Assembly (NCBI RefSeq): GCF_018336915.1
Contig: NZ_CP064927.1
Span: 178,326 to 210,325, forward strand
Direction of reading: 5' to 3'
Origin: Acaryochloris marina S15
GTDB lineage: Bacteria; Cyanobacteriota; Cyanobacteriia; Thermosynechococcales; Thermosynechococcaceae
Length of the DNA: 32,000 nucleotides
Position 1 is the stretch's first letter. Each line of letters starts with the position of its first letter. The translations under genes and the position numbers were made by a program. The notes under the pieces were generated by a model that worked only from the letters and a program-made list of their open reading frames with translations, made no database searches and was not told where the DNA came from. Below are positions 8,298-16,015 of this stretch, piece after piece.

Positions 8298-8556
8298 GCA
8301 GTAGAGCTTCTAGCATCAACGCCGCGTCGATTCGCTTGAGTGCATCAGTATGTCGATGCTCGGATCTCAATCTCGTGGCTTCGCTCATCAGATAAGCCAC
8401 ACAATCTTTGAAGCACTGATCTTTGTGTTGATTGAAGGGGATTCGTTGGACCCCCAACTGTGGCAAGACTGGAGAGGTTTTACTGATATTGAGGAAGGGC
8501 AGACTCAACGGACGTTCGGGGAAGTTTGGATGATGGGCTTGCATGGTTTTCTCCAA
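8275..8556 (-). CDS. hypothetical protein
   Basis: Operon member. The likely start is ATG 8544 (MQAHHPNF), preceded by GGAGAAAACC. Confidence 0.5.
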   Translation of the reverse strand: MEKTMQAHHPNFPERPLSLPFLNISKTSPVLPQLGVQRIPFNQHKDQCFKDCVAYLMSEATRLRSEHRHTDALKRIDAALMLEALLHDGYTDV

Positions 8557-8637
8557 AAAAAGTGGCTAGGAAAGGTCAGCCCCGATTACTGGGGGGTATT
8601 GCCACAGGGCTGACCCAAGATGAAATATTGAGAGGAG

Positions 8638-9276
8638 CTAGGCTGCTTTACCAACGTTTTCCAGTAGCTTTGTATTGGCCCACTCCCACCAAGAGCGATT
8701 ACTCCAATCAATTGAGGTGATATCTTCACTCTGGGCATCGTTGTAGAGAGGCACAATCACAGCGTCGAGGTCTTCAACTTCACCAGGAGAAACCCCCGAG
8801 AGTTCATAGACCGTATCGGCGATAGATTCCAGTTCAGATCGCTTAATTGAAAGCTGCTTAAAGAACGTCTCCCAGCTATTAATACGAGTAACCGTAAGTT
8901 GATCCATCAGTTCATTCAGGGCAACGATCATCAAAATGTCCTGACCTGCAACCTGTTTAAGCACTTTGAACACTGCCTCTTTCAGGGGAGAGACTTTGGC
9001 CTTATTGGTCTTGCGCTGTTCTAACCCCGTTGCTTCCAGGGTTAACAGTCCGAAGAGTTCGAGGACATGATCGCGGTTCCGCATATTGCGGTTGCCGTGA
9101 TGCAACTCCCAGGCAAACTTAGCTAGCTTGTCTTGTCCTGTGGGGTCTTCAGGCTTGTACTGTTTGATGATGTATTTCTTGATATTGACCTTCTGGGGAT
9201 TAGTGGGATCGATATGCTCCTTGATGGCCTTGGTCAGAGCATTGCGAGTAGCGTTGTTGTCTAAAGCGGTAGTCAT
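8638..9276 (-). CDS. hypothetical protein (212 aa)
   Basis: ATG preceded by GGAGAAAGTTC. It is the largest ORF of the minus-strand operon. I recognise no motif. Confidence 0.6.
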   Translation of the reverse strand: MTTALDNNATRNALTKAIKEHIDPTNPQKVNIKKYIIKQYKPEDPTGQDKLAKFAWELHHGNRNMRNRDHVLELFGLLTLEATGLEQRKTNKAKVSPLKEAVFKVLKQVAGQDILMIVALNELMDQLTVTRINSWETFFKQLSIKRSELESIADTVYELSGVSPGEVEDLDAVIVPLYNDAQSEDITSIDWSNRSWWEWANTKLLENVGKAA

Positions 9277-9342
9277 CGAACTTTCTCCAAAAATGAATAG
9301 ATGTTTGAACGGTTATAGGAAACATAGGCAGATTGACTCTCA

Positions 9343-9750
9343 TCAGCAAATGAAGTCCTGACCATCGGTTTCAATGTCACAGCGCACGGAGTTCAAAAGT
9401 TCGACAGGATAAGAGGGCTTGGGTGCGGGCTTGGCTGGTAGAGCGGCTAGAGCTGCATATCTGAGAGAAGAAAAGATATCTCTGGGGCTGGCATGATCGC
9501 AGACTTGGATATAAGGGTTAAGGGATAACCAGAGGTCTAGAGCTTTGTCATCAGACAAATCTTTGCTACCCAGCACCAGGCGATTGAGGATTGCCGTCTG
9601 CTGGTCATGGAGTTCAATTGTGGTGGTGAACTGAACTTGTGGAATGAGCTTGAATCGTGTCGTTGGTTTCATTGTTTTTCCTCTGTGGTGAATGGGATGA
9701 ACAAATAGAGAAAGAGCGAGAAGTAGATGGATTGCCAGAGCAAGAACCAA
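9343..9750 (-). CDS. hypothetical protein
   Basis: The likely start is ATG 9672 (MKPTTRFKLIP), preceded by GAGGAAAAACA. The upstream extension in the track is hydrophobic and probably not coding. Confidence 0.55.
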   Translation of the reverse strand: MVLALAIHLLLALSLFVHPIHHRGKTMKPTTRFKLIPQVQFTTTIELHDQQTAILNRLVLGSKDLSDDKALDLWLSLNPYIQVCDHASPRDIFSSLRYAALAALPAKPAPKPSYPVELLNSVRCDIETDGQDFIC

Positions 9751-9854
9751 ATGAGGGTGTAGCCGTCCATCGTTGCCCCCTGAATTGTCAAAATCTCGGT
9801 AGAAAACGAAATGTGTTGAACAAGTAGATCAGGCACTACCCAAGCCAGTAGAAA

Positions 9855-10286
9855 TCAAGCAACGGGGATTGCTCTGGGTTGCAGTGAAGCTTTGCTGATA
9901 TCTAGCTCGATGTATTCAGCCAAAGTCACCAGCTTTGCAAAATACTGATGGTTGGTTTCAATCACCCCCAAGTAAAGAGGCTTACCTTCTGGGGTATGGG
10001 TGTATAGCTCAGGATTTACATACCCTTTAGAGTCTTGATAGAGAGGTGGCAAGCACTCTAGAAACCACCAATACTCATCAGTCCCAATCTCGATCCAAGG
10101 GGCACAGTAGCCTGACTCTTGTTGTTCTCTGGTTAGGTTTTGTACGATCTGGGGATACGGCCACAGAGAATCCGTCTGTAGTTCAGCGAGTTGCATGATT
10201 GACTCCAGTTGAGAATGTAGCGGAGGGTGGTTAGGCACCACCCAAGCCAGGGGATTAGTGTTCAGAAGGCAGCAGCAATACGCCAT
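9855..10286 (-). CDS. hypothetical protein
   Basis: The likely start is ATG 10196 (MQLAELQTD), with GGAG upstream. It contains DEYWWFLECLPPLY. Confidence 0.55.
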   Translation of the reverse strand: MAYCCCLLNTNPLAWVVPNHPPLHSQLESIMQLAELQTDSLWPYPQIVQNLTREQQESGYCAPWIEIGTDEYWWFLECLPPLYQDSKGYVNPELYTHTPEGKPLYLGVIETNHQYFAKLVTLAEYIELDISKASLQPRAIPVA

Positions 10287-10641
10287 ATTCCACGTAGAGC
10301 TTGATTTCGGACAGTGGGAAATCAGTGGAAGGGATGTCTTGGGTAATGACGGGAGCGCAAGTGCTGGGGCTGTCCTCGTAGCAGGCTAAGACTGCACTAT
10401 GGTCATCATTGACAGTCAGCATCCAGAGTTGGAAGTCTTGGAGGTTGGGGTTACTCTTGATAGCTTTGCCAGGTTGATGACTAGCTACAGCATCTAAGAG
10501 CCAGTAGCATTCCCCCTTCATAGCAAGGGTTCTAATGCCTTCTGTGTAAAGGATTCCTAGCCAGTGCTTATAGTGGGTTTCACTGCAATGACAATGGGCG
10601 AGTTCGATCTGAAGATTTTCAGCGGTAATCATGATATTCAT
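10255..10641 (-). CDS. hypothetical protein (possibly a plasmid leading-region family; recollection only)
   Basis: 128 aa. The pattern CSETHYKHWLGILYTEGIRTLAMKGECYWLLDAV resembles (H-x-L...YTxG...yWLlD) small proteins I recall from plasmid anti-restriction neighbourhoods. This is unverified. Confidence 0.5.
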   Translation of the reverse strand: MNIMITAENLQIELAHCHCSETHYKHWLGILYTEGIRTLAMKGECYWLLDAVASHQPGKAIKSNPNLQDFQLWMLTVNDDHSAVLACYEDSPSTCAPVITQDIPSTDFPLSEIKLYVEYGVLLLPSEH

Positions 10642-10700
10642 TCCCTTGAAGCGATTGGGTGTAAATGAAGCGGGAGGGGCAAGGGTGCCCCAGGAGATTT

Positions 10701-11078
10701 CTAGATTTCGTCTTTGTAATCGTTCTCAGCTCGAACCGTCTGATCGGGTTGCACAGTGAACCAGTCACTGAGAATGCCCTTAAGTTCGGGGTGATTGAGA
10801 ACCCAGTTTTCGATCCGTGTCTGGGTGGTGCGCTCTTCAGCGGAAGGCTTGCGGGTTACCATCAGCACCCAATACTCATCAAAATCGATATCAGCATCGA
10901 AAGGGCCACAATCCTTTGTCTGAATACAAGCCAGAGTATAGGGAGGGCAAAGGGGGTTTTCAGTATGTTCGTTAATGAAGGCTATCCCATCAGCTTCAGT
11001 CTGAACCATCCACATGTCAGGCTGGGTTTGTTGCTCAGCACCTAAGCGAAGAATTGGTGTTTCGAGTAGAGTTGTCAT
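10701..11078 (-). CDS. hypothetical protein, first gene of the minus-strand operon
   Basis: ATG preceded by AAGGAAATTAACT. 125 aa and acidic. Confidence 0.6.
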   Translation of the reverse strand: MTTLLETPILRLGAEQQTQPDMWMVQTEADGIAFINEHTENPLCPPYTLACIQTKDCGPFDADIDFDEYWVLMVTRKPSAEERTTQTRIENWVLNHPELKGILSDWFTVQPDQTVRAENDYKDEI

Positions 11079-11247
11079 AGTTAATTTCCTTTGTTGGGTT
11101 TTAACTAGGGCACCGCATGACTTACCAGGTTCGGCGGTGCCTTTGTTGTTTCTATAACTATTATACCAGTTAACTAGTACCTGTCAATTGCCTAATCCAT
11201 TTAATTAGTACTAAATAACTGTGCTAGGATACGAGTATCATATTGGT
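11079..11247. promoter_or_regulatory. divergent control region between the 12-gene operon and the XRE gene
   Basis: Direct repeats ttaactagtac (11170-11180) and ttaattagtac (11201-11211), plus ttaactaggg (11101-11110). A GC hairpin gggcaccgc(11108-11116)/gcggtgcc(11134-11141) is followed by tttgttgttt. Confidence 0.5.
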
Positions 11248-11487
11248 ATGAATATGAAGCAACTTAGAAAGAGATCCAGTAAGCGACCCGAAGATATAGC
11301 TTCAGAACTTGGTGTAGCTATTTCTACCGTCAGGAATTGGGAGCAACTAAAAAATGCCCCTAGGATGACACCAAAGGGCTTGCAGCATTTAATGCTTGTA
11401 TATGATTGCTCCTTTGAGGAACTGCTTGAAGCTGAGAAGGAAATGGAGGCTGCACAAGTTGAGAAGGAAATGGAGGCAGCGCAATGA
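11221..11487 (+). CDS. XRE-family helix-turn-helix transcriptional regulator
   Basis: MKQLRKRSSKRPEDIASELGVAISTVRNWEQ is a classic HTH_XRE pattern. The likely start is ATG 11248. The C-terminus carries a duplicated EKEMEAAQ(V). Confidence 0.8.
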   Translation: MLGYEYHIGMNMKQLRKRSSKRPEDIASELGVAISTVRNWEQLKNAPRMTPKGLQHLMLVYDCSFEELLEAEKEMEAAQVEKEMEAAQ

Positions 11488-11789
11488 CCCAAGATACTAC
11501 CCCAACCCGTTTCTCTTCTTTGGTGGACTTGTCTAAAGACTTGTTGCCCATTTTGGCTGTGATCGGGCTTCTGGTAGGTGGTTTATTCTTCCTGATTAAC
11601 ACCAGCGTTGCCGCTATTGTCCCCACTAGCGAAAGTAGGTTGCTCGATAAGATTGCTGATAACAGAATCCAGATTGAGCTATTGCGAAAAGACGTGAACA
11701 CTCAATTTGAGAAAGTTGATCAGCAGTTTGATGGAATCAATCAACGGCTGGATCGGATTGAGCAACTATTGCAGCAGGATAAACCATGA
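11484..11789 (+). CDS. small membrane-anchored coiled-coil protein
   Basis: ATGA overlap with the XRE stop. TM helix LLPILAVIGLLVGGLFFLI, then the heptad-like IQIELLRKDVNTQFEKVDQQFDGINQRLDRIEQLLQQ. Confidence 0.6.
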   Translation: MTQDTTPTRFSSLVDLSKDLLPILAVIGLLVGGLFFLINTSVAAIVPTSESRLLDKIADNRIQIELLRKDVNTQFEKVDQQFDGINQRLDRIEQLLQQDKP

Positions 11790-11980
11790 ACAGTAGTAGC
11801 CCTCAACGATGGACTGACAAATGGCTTGATGCCCTTGCAGCCTCTACCCAGAGATTGCTTGATGCAACCCAGGCCAATACTGAAACAATCAGTCAAGTCT
11901 TGGAGCAGCAAAAAACTACAGACAAGAACATCGATTTATTGATTGAAGGTCAACTAGCGATGCAAACTCTACACGGTTAG
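11786..11980 (+). CDS. hypothetical small protein (frame stays open 24 more codons after its TAG)
   Basis: ATGA overlap with the upstream gene. The TAG is at 11978-11980. The same frame continues VAEQTLQLKRAVDYLLSKDGGQS* to 12052, 3 nt before the next ATG. Confidence 0.5.
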   Translation: MNSSSPQRWTDKWLDALAASTQRLLDATQANTETISQVLEQQKTTDKNIDLLIEGQLAMQTLHG

Positions 11981-12055
11981 GTTGCAGAGCAGACTTTACA
12001 GCTCAAGCGGGCTGTTGATTACTTATTGAGCAAAGATGGTGGGCAATCATGACTA

Positions 12056-12274
12056 ATGGGATCTGAAGAAATTATCATTCGCTACTACCGCAAACCTCTT
12101 CCTGTAATGGTTGATCCTGGTAAGAATCATCCACAACATGAGCCTGATTTATTACTAGGTTGGATTTGTCAGGGTAAGGATAGAAGCCCCGTACTCAAGA
12201 GCTTCCCCAATGCGGTAATAGTGGCTAAAACTAAAGCTAGGACTAAGCCTTATCTAACCCTAGTAAAGCAATAG
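12056..12274 (+). CDS. possible small protein (72 aa)
   Basis: ATG lies 3 nt after the TGA of the extended upstream frame. It overlaps the 3' end of the convergent gene by 32 nt. No motif recognised. Confidence 0.3.
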   Translation: MGSEEIIIRYYRKPLPVMVDPGKNHPQHEPDLLLGWICQGKDRSPVLKSFPNAVIVAKTKARTKPYLTLVKQ

Positions 12275-12674
12275 CCTTCTTTATCCTGTCTTTCCCCGGT
12301 GCCCAATTATCCCCCTCAGTCATCCTCACCACCTCCCCCCAAGCCTTAAGCTGATTAGCCCTCGACAGCTTTACCAATGGCCGAGCAGCACTCTCAGACT
12401 GAGGAAGCACATCAAAATGCTCCTGCAAGAACAATACGAGTTCAGCCGCTTGAATACAGCGAAAAGCATGGATGTAGGTAACCCCAAGATTTTCTTCCAC
12501 ATAGACCTTAAAGCCCTTAGAGCCTGGTAAATACAACTTGTTGTCTTGAATAACTTTCAAAGCCAACCCAGAAGACAACAGAGCATTCGTTCCAGTTTCA
12601 GTCGGTTCCAAAAATATTTCTTCCAGCTCCGTTAAGCCTTTAGATTTAAATTCCTGCAAGTCCATATCACTCAA
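12243..12674 (-). CDS. putative DNA-binding protein (ParB/KorB-like HTH pattern; weak)
   Basis: 143 aa. FKVYVEENLGVTYIHAFRCIQAAELV...LPQSESAARPLVKLSRANQLKAW resembles the HTH/'PxSE..R.L' pattern of plasmid ParB-type proteins. It diverges from the AAA-vWA operon. Confidence 0.4.
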   Translation of the reverse strand: MSDMDLQEFKSKGLTELEEIFLEPTETGTNALLSSGLALKVIQDNKLYLPGSKGFKVYVEENLGVTYIHAFRCIQAAELVLFLQEHFDVLPQSESAARPLVKLSRANQLKAWGEVVRMTEGDNWAPGKDRIKKAIALLGLDKA

Positions 12675-12771
12675 GGCTAGAAGTCAGAGCCAGATGAATT
12701 ATAGCAAGCCATCCTTTATCCGAAATCTCTACTAGGCAATATACAATCCGTACAGAAAGTGAGTTAATCTC

Positions 12772-14100
12772 ATGCCAAACTTAATCAGCAAATTAATCAC
12801 AGCCAAGACCGCAGACCCCAAAGGCGACTCATCGGCTAAGGCCAAAATTGATACCGCTCCCCAACTTTCCGTAGAAGATATCTGGGATACCCTAGCAGAT
12901 CGTGACCTCTATCGGCTCTCCATCGAGATTGACTCAGGGCTGCGCCTCTCGACCCGATTAGATGCCGTAGACCTGGGACTAGATCCCTATGTTGTCGATG
13001 AGCTAGCGGGAGGCTACCGCAAAGCCTTCTCAGACGCCTTCACGAAAGCTAGAAATCAACTCTCTGGCCTACAGAAGAAGTTCAACAAACAATTCACTAT
13101 CTACGTCAAGCCCTTCAGATTTATTGATGGCAGTGTGATCAATGATGCCGTTGACTTCACTCAACAAATCAAACTAGAGGCTGCATCCTTACGCCAAGAC
13201 TTAGTGGACACCTACGCCGATCAGCTCAAAACATTTTTAGTAGAGCTAGACCGGAAGCTCAATGAAACGATTCCAGGGGAAAAGAAGCAGATTGAACAAG
13301 CCCTGATCCACTATGCCCAGGAATTCCCCAGCATTGATGATTTCTCTGGTTCTCTCCAGGTGATCATCGATGGCCCAGTCCAGCTCACTTCCTTGAAGAA
13401 TAAGCTCAAGGCCGATGCTGACTTACAGGCTGAGCTAGCCAAAAAGAAGAGACTGACAGCGAAGCAAAAGCAGGAAGCTCAGGCCATCCAAGAGCGCATT
13501 AAAACCAGTCAATTGATGCTCAACGGCATCGCTCAGGCAGTGCAGCAGTCCCGTGTGGCTTGCCTTGATGAAGGCTGGGAACTGATGGCCGATCTGATTG
13601 ACCGTTTTGGAGCCAGCCCTGATGGGAAGCTCACCAGCAAAGACCAGTCTGCGATCAGCTCAACATTCTCTAGGCTGGAATTGCTAGAGAAGCATAACCC
13701 CGAGATATCACAGCACCTCATAGAGGCTAAGAAGCTGCATGAGGTAATGCAGGGCACCCCCACTCCAGAACAAGCCCAAGAAGCCTATGAGAAGTTCTCT
13801 GAATTCCTCGCCAAGCAATCCCAGTCAGCGAGTGGTGACGGAGCCGAGAAGCTTCAGAAATCTCTCAGATTTGCCAACGACTATAAAGAGATAGTCGCCA
13901 AGCTAGAGAAGTTAATTGAGACACCCGACTCAGACACATTAGCTGAACTGGAAGCAGGGCAACTCGCCAATATTGAAACGACGCTTACCCGCCGAGTTGC
14001 CAATCTCAGACGACTCACCAAGCAAGCTCAACAATCAGCACAATACAACAAGGAAAAAGCAGCAGCCCAAGGTGGAGTTGATCCAGTTGCTGGCTTCTGA
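12772..14100 (+). CDS. 442-aa coiled-coil protein, first gene of the AAA+/vWA operon (possibly DUF3150-like; recollection)
   Basis: Long ORF with Lys/Glu/Gln-rich helical stretches (LKADADLQAELAKKKRLTAKQKQEAQAIQERIK). No enzymatic motif seen. Confidence 0.65.
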   Translation: MPNLISKLITAKTADPKGDSSAKAKIDTAPQLSVEDIWDTLADRDLYRLSIEIDSGLRLSTRLDAVDLGLDPYVVDELAGGYRKAFSDAFTKARNQLSGLQKKFNKQFTIYVKPFRFIDGSVINDAVDFTQQIKLEAASLRQDLVDTYADQLKTFLVELDRKLNETIPGEKKQIEQALIHYAQEFPSIDDFSGSLQVIIDGPVQLTSLKNKLKADADLQAELAKKKRLTAKQKQEAQAIQERIKTSQLMLNGIAQAVQQSRVACLDEGWELMADLIDRFGASPDGKLTSKDQSAISSTFSRLELLEKHNPEISQHLIEAKKLHEVMQGTPTPEQAQEAYEKFSEFLAKQSQSASGDGAEKLQKSLRFANDYKEIVAKLEKLIETPDSDTLAELEAGQLANIETTLTRRVANLRRLTKQAQQSAQYNKEKAAAQGGVDPVAGF

Positions 14101-14184
14101 TCCTAGAAATATTTTCAATAACTGTAGGGAATTTATATTGCCTAGGCTACTTAGATTCTGTAGAGAAAACAAAAATTTAAGCTC

Positions 14185-15342
14185 ATGACTGCACTTCAAA
14201 CCAAGCTTCAAACGCTACGAAAAGAACTCAACGCCGCTCACCTGGAGCGTAAATCTGTGATTGATGGATTGCTGGCTACATTGCTGGCGAACCAGAACGC
14301 TTTGCTGTATGGGCCTCCAGGGACTGGGAAAAGCTTGATATTAAGAGAGATCTGCTTTGCGATCGCAGATGCGAATTTCTTCCAAAGATTGCTTCATAAA
14401 GCTATGTCTCCCGATGAAGTCTTAGGGCAAATCAGCCTCAAGGCACTGGAGAATGACGTTATGAAGCGGAATACTAGCGGCAGGCTTCAGGAGGCTCACT
14501 TGGCCTTTTTGGATGAAGTCTTTAGAGGTAATGGGGTATTGCTCAATAGCTTGCTGGAGCTGATGAATGAGCGCACCTACGACAACCCAGACAAGCAACA
14601 AAGCCCTCTGCGCTCAATTGTCGGGGCAACTAACTCCATTGACTCAGGGAGCGATTTGGAAGCGTTTGCCGACCGCTTTGTCTACCGCCCCTGGCTCTTC
14701 GATCTTAAGACTCCCAGCTCTACTAAGAAACTGTTGGGCTGGACAATCAAAGGAAATCGCCCCCAGGTGAGTCAAGGTCTGATTTCATTGGCCGAACTCG
14801 ATCAGATGTGTGCTGAAGTTCAACAGGTCAAAATCAGCGATGCGATGGTGGATGCTTTCACTGAGATTATCCACACCCTGATTCGCGATGGCTTTGTGGT
14901 CAGTGCCCGACGACGAGTGAAATTGCTGCAATTGGTTCGGTGCTTTGCGTATGTCCAAGGAGACGATCAGGTATATCTAGAGCATATCCACGAGCTGTTA
15001 CCCCAGTGCTGTTGGAAGTCCAAGATTGAGGAAATCCGAGAGATTAAGAGACTGATTGAAACAGCCGCACCCATCGCGAAAAAGGAGTTATCGAGCATTA
15101 CCCAAGCCGCTCAAAGTGAAGTCTTAAGACTAGAACAAAAGTTGAATAACTCAAGTCTGGGTCATACCGATCATGTGAATGCCGCAGACTTCGCTAGAAC
15201 TCAGCTCACCAATCTTAGTCAGAGTATGGCTAAAGTCAAAGCTGATTTATGCAGGAATGGTGCTAGCCAAAAAACGAGAGCAGAGGCCGACCTACAGGCG
15301 AAATCACAGCGAGTCAGTGAACTAGTTGAAGGCTTGTATTGA
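14185..15342 (+). CDS. MoxR-family AAA+ ATPase, RavA-like (lacks the RavA C-terminal LARA region)
   Basis: Walker A LLYGPPGTGKSL, Walker B/box AFLDEVFRGNGVLLNSLLELMNERTY, sensor IVGATN, and VSARRRVKLLQLVRCFAYVQG...CCW. Each block parallels E. coli RavA as I remember it ([44 protein letters not shown]...CLW). Confidence 0.85.
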   Translation: MTALQTKLQTLRKELNAAHLERKSVIDGLLATLLANQNALLYGPPGTGKSLILREICFAIADANFFQRLLHKAMSPDEVLGQISLKALENDVMKRNTSGRLQEAHLAFLDEVFRGNGVLLNSLLELMNERTYDNPDKQQSPLRSIVGATNSIDSGSDLEAFADRFVYRPWLFDLKTPSSTKKLLGWTIKGNRPQVSQGLISLAELDQMCAEVQQVKISDAMVDAFTEIIHTLIRDGFVVSARRRVKLLQLVRCFAYVQGDDQVYLEHIHELLPQCCWKSKIEEIREIKRLIETAAPIAKKELSSITQAAQSEVLRLEQKLNNSSLGHTDHVNAADFARTQLTNLSQSMAKVKADLCRNGASQKTRAEADLQAKSQRVSELVEGLY

Positions 15343-16015
15343 TATGTACACCCAGCTCAAGACAGAATTAAACCCGATCACAGCCGAAGTCAGCGCAACC
15401 TCAAAGCTGTTTTGGCAAGACTATCTCAAGTCCAATCAAGCGATGGTCGAGATAACCTCAGAAACCAACATCAGAACCCTAAACAGCTTTGCCCTTGAAG
15501 TTTTCCATCGACTCTATTACTCTCCCGATCCTGAGTGGTTACCGGAAAAACCCGAGCATCAATGGGCTAGAGTGTTGCACAACCAGCTTTCTGAGTCAGA
15601 AGAGTTCCAGAATCTAACCCTGACCTGTGCGGGTGATCCATTAGGGGCAGCAATCGCCGCACAATCCATGATCACCAATCTGCACAGGCAGCTTAAGGTT
15701 GCCAGTGGTGATCAGGAAATTGACGAACTGGATACCCTGAGAGCTAAGGCCAAGCAAGCGAAGAGGGAGGGTGACGAGGAATTATTTCAGAAGCTCCAAG
15801 CCCAAGGGCAGGCCATGTCTGAAGCTGCCCAAGCCTTTGCTCAAAGACTAGAAGACCAGGAAGGGGAAGGCATTGGCGAAAGTGCTGAAGATGCTGAGGG
15901 GGAAGTACAGGAAAAAAAGACGAGTTGGAAGCTCTGGGGATTAGTTGGGGGAATGAATCGGGTGATCGCAATCCCACACCTACCGGGAGAAGCTAAAGCT
16001 TGCGGCTTTGATTGA
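15326..16015 (+). CDS. N-terminal part of a ViaA-like protein (acidic/coiled-coil)
   Basis: The likely ATG is 15344, 1 nt after the RavA-like stop. The tail ..SWKLWGLVGGMNRV.. resembles the ViaA segment GRLWDMSAGQLKR. It ends 8 nt inside the vWA ORF. Confidence 0.6.
   Translation: MKACIDMYTQLKTELNPITAEVSATSKLFWQDYLKSNQAMVEITSETNIRTLNSFALEVFHRLYYSPDPEWLPEKPEHQWARVLHNQLSESEEFQNLTLTCAGDPLGAAIAAQSMITNLHRQLKVASGDQEIDELDTLRAKAKQAKREGDEELFQKLQAQGQAMSEAAQAFAQRLEDQEGEGIGESAEDAEGEVQEKKTSWKLWGLVGGMNRVIAIPHLPGEAKACGFD

Noticed and set aside
10665-11045. 126-aa plus-strand ORF
   Set aside because: It is entirely antisense to the well-supported first gene of the minus-strand operon (10701-11078). It has no RBS and a low-complexity hydrophobic translation.
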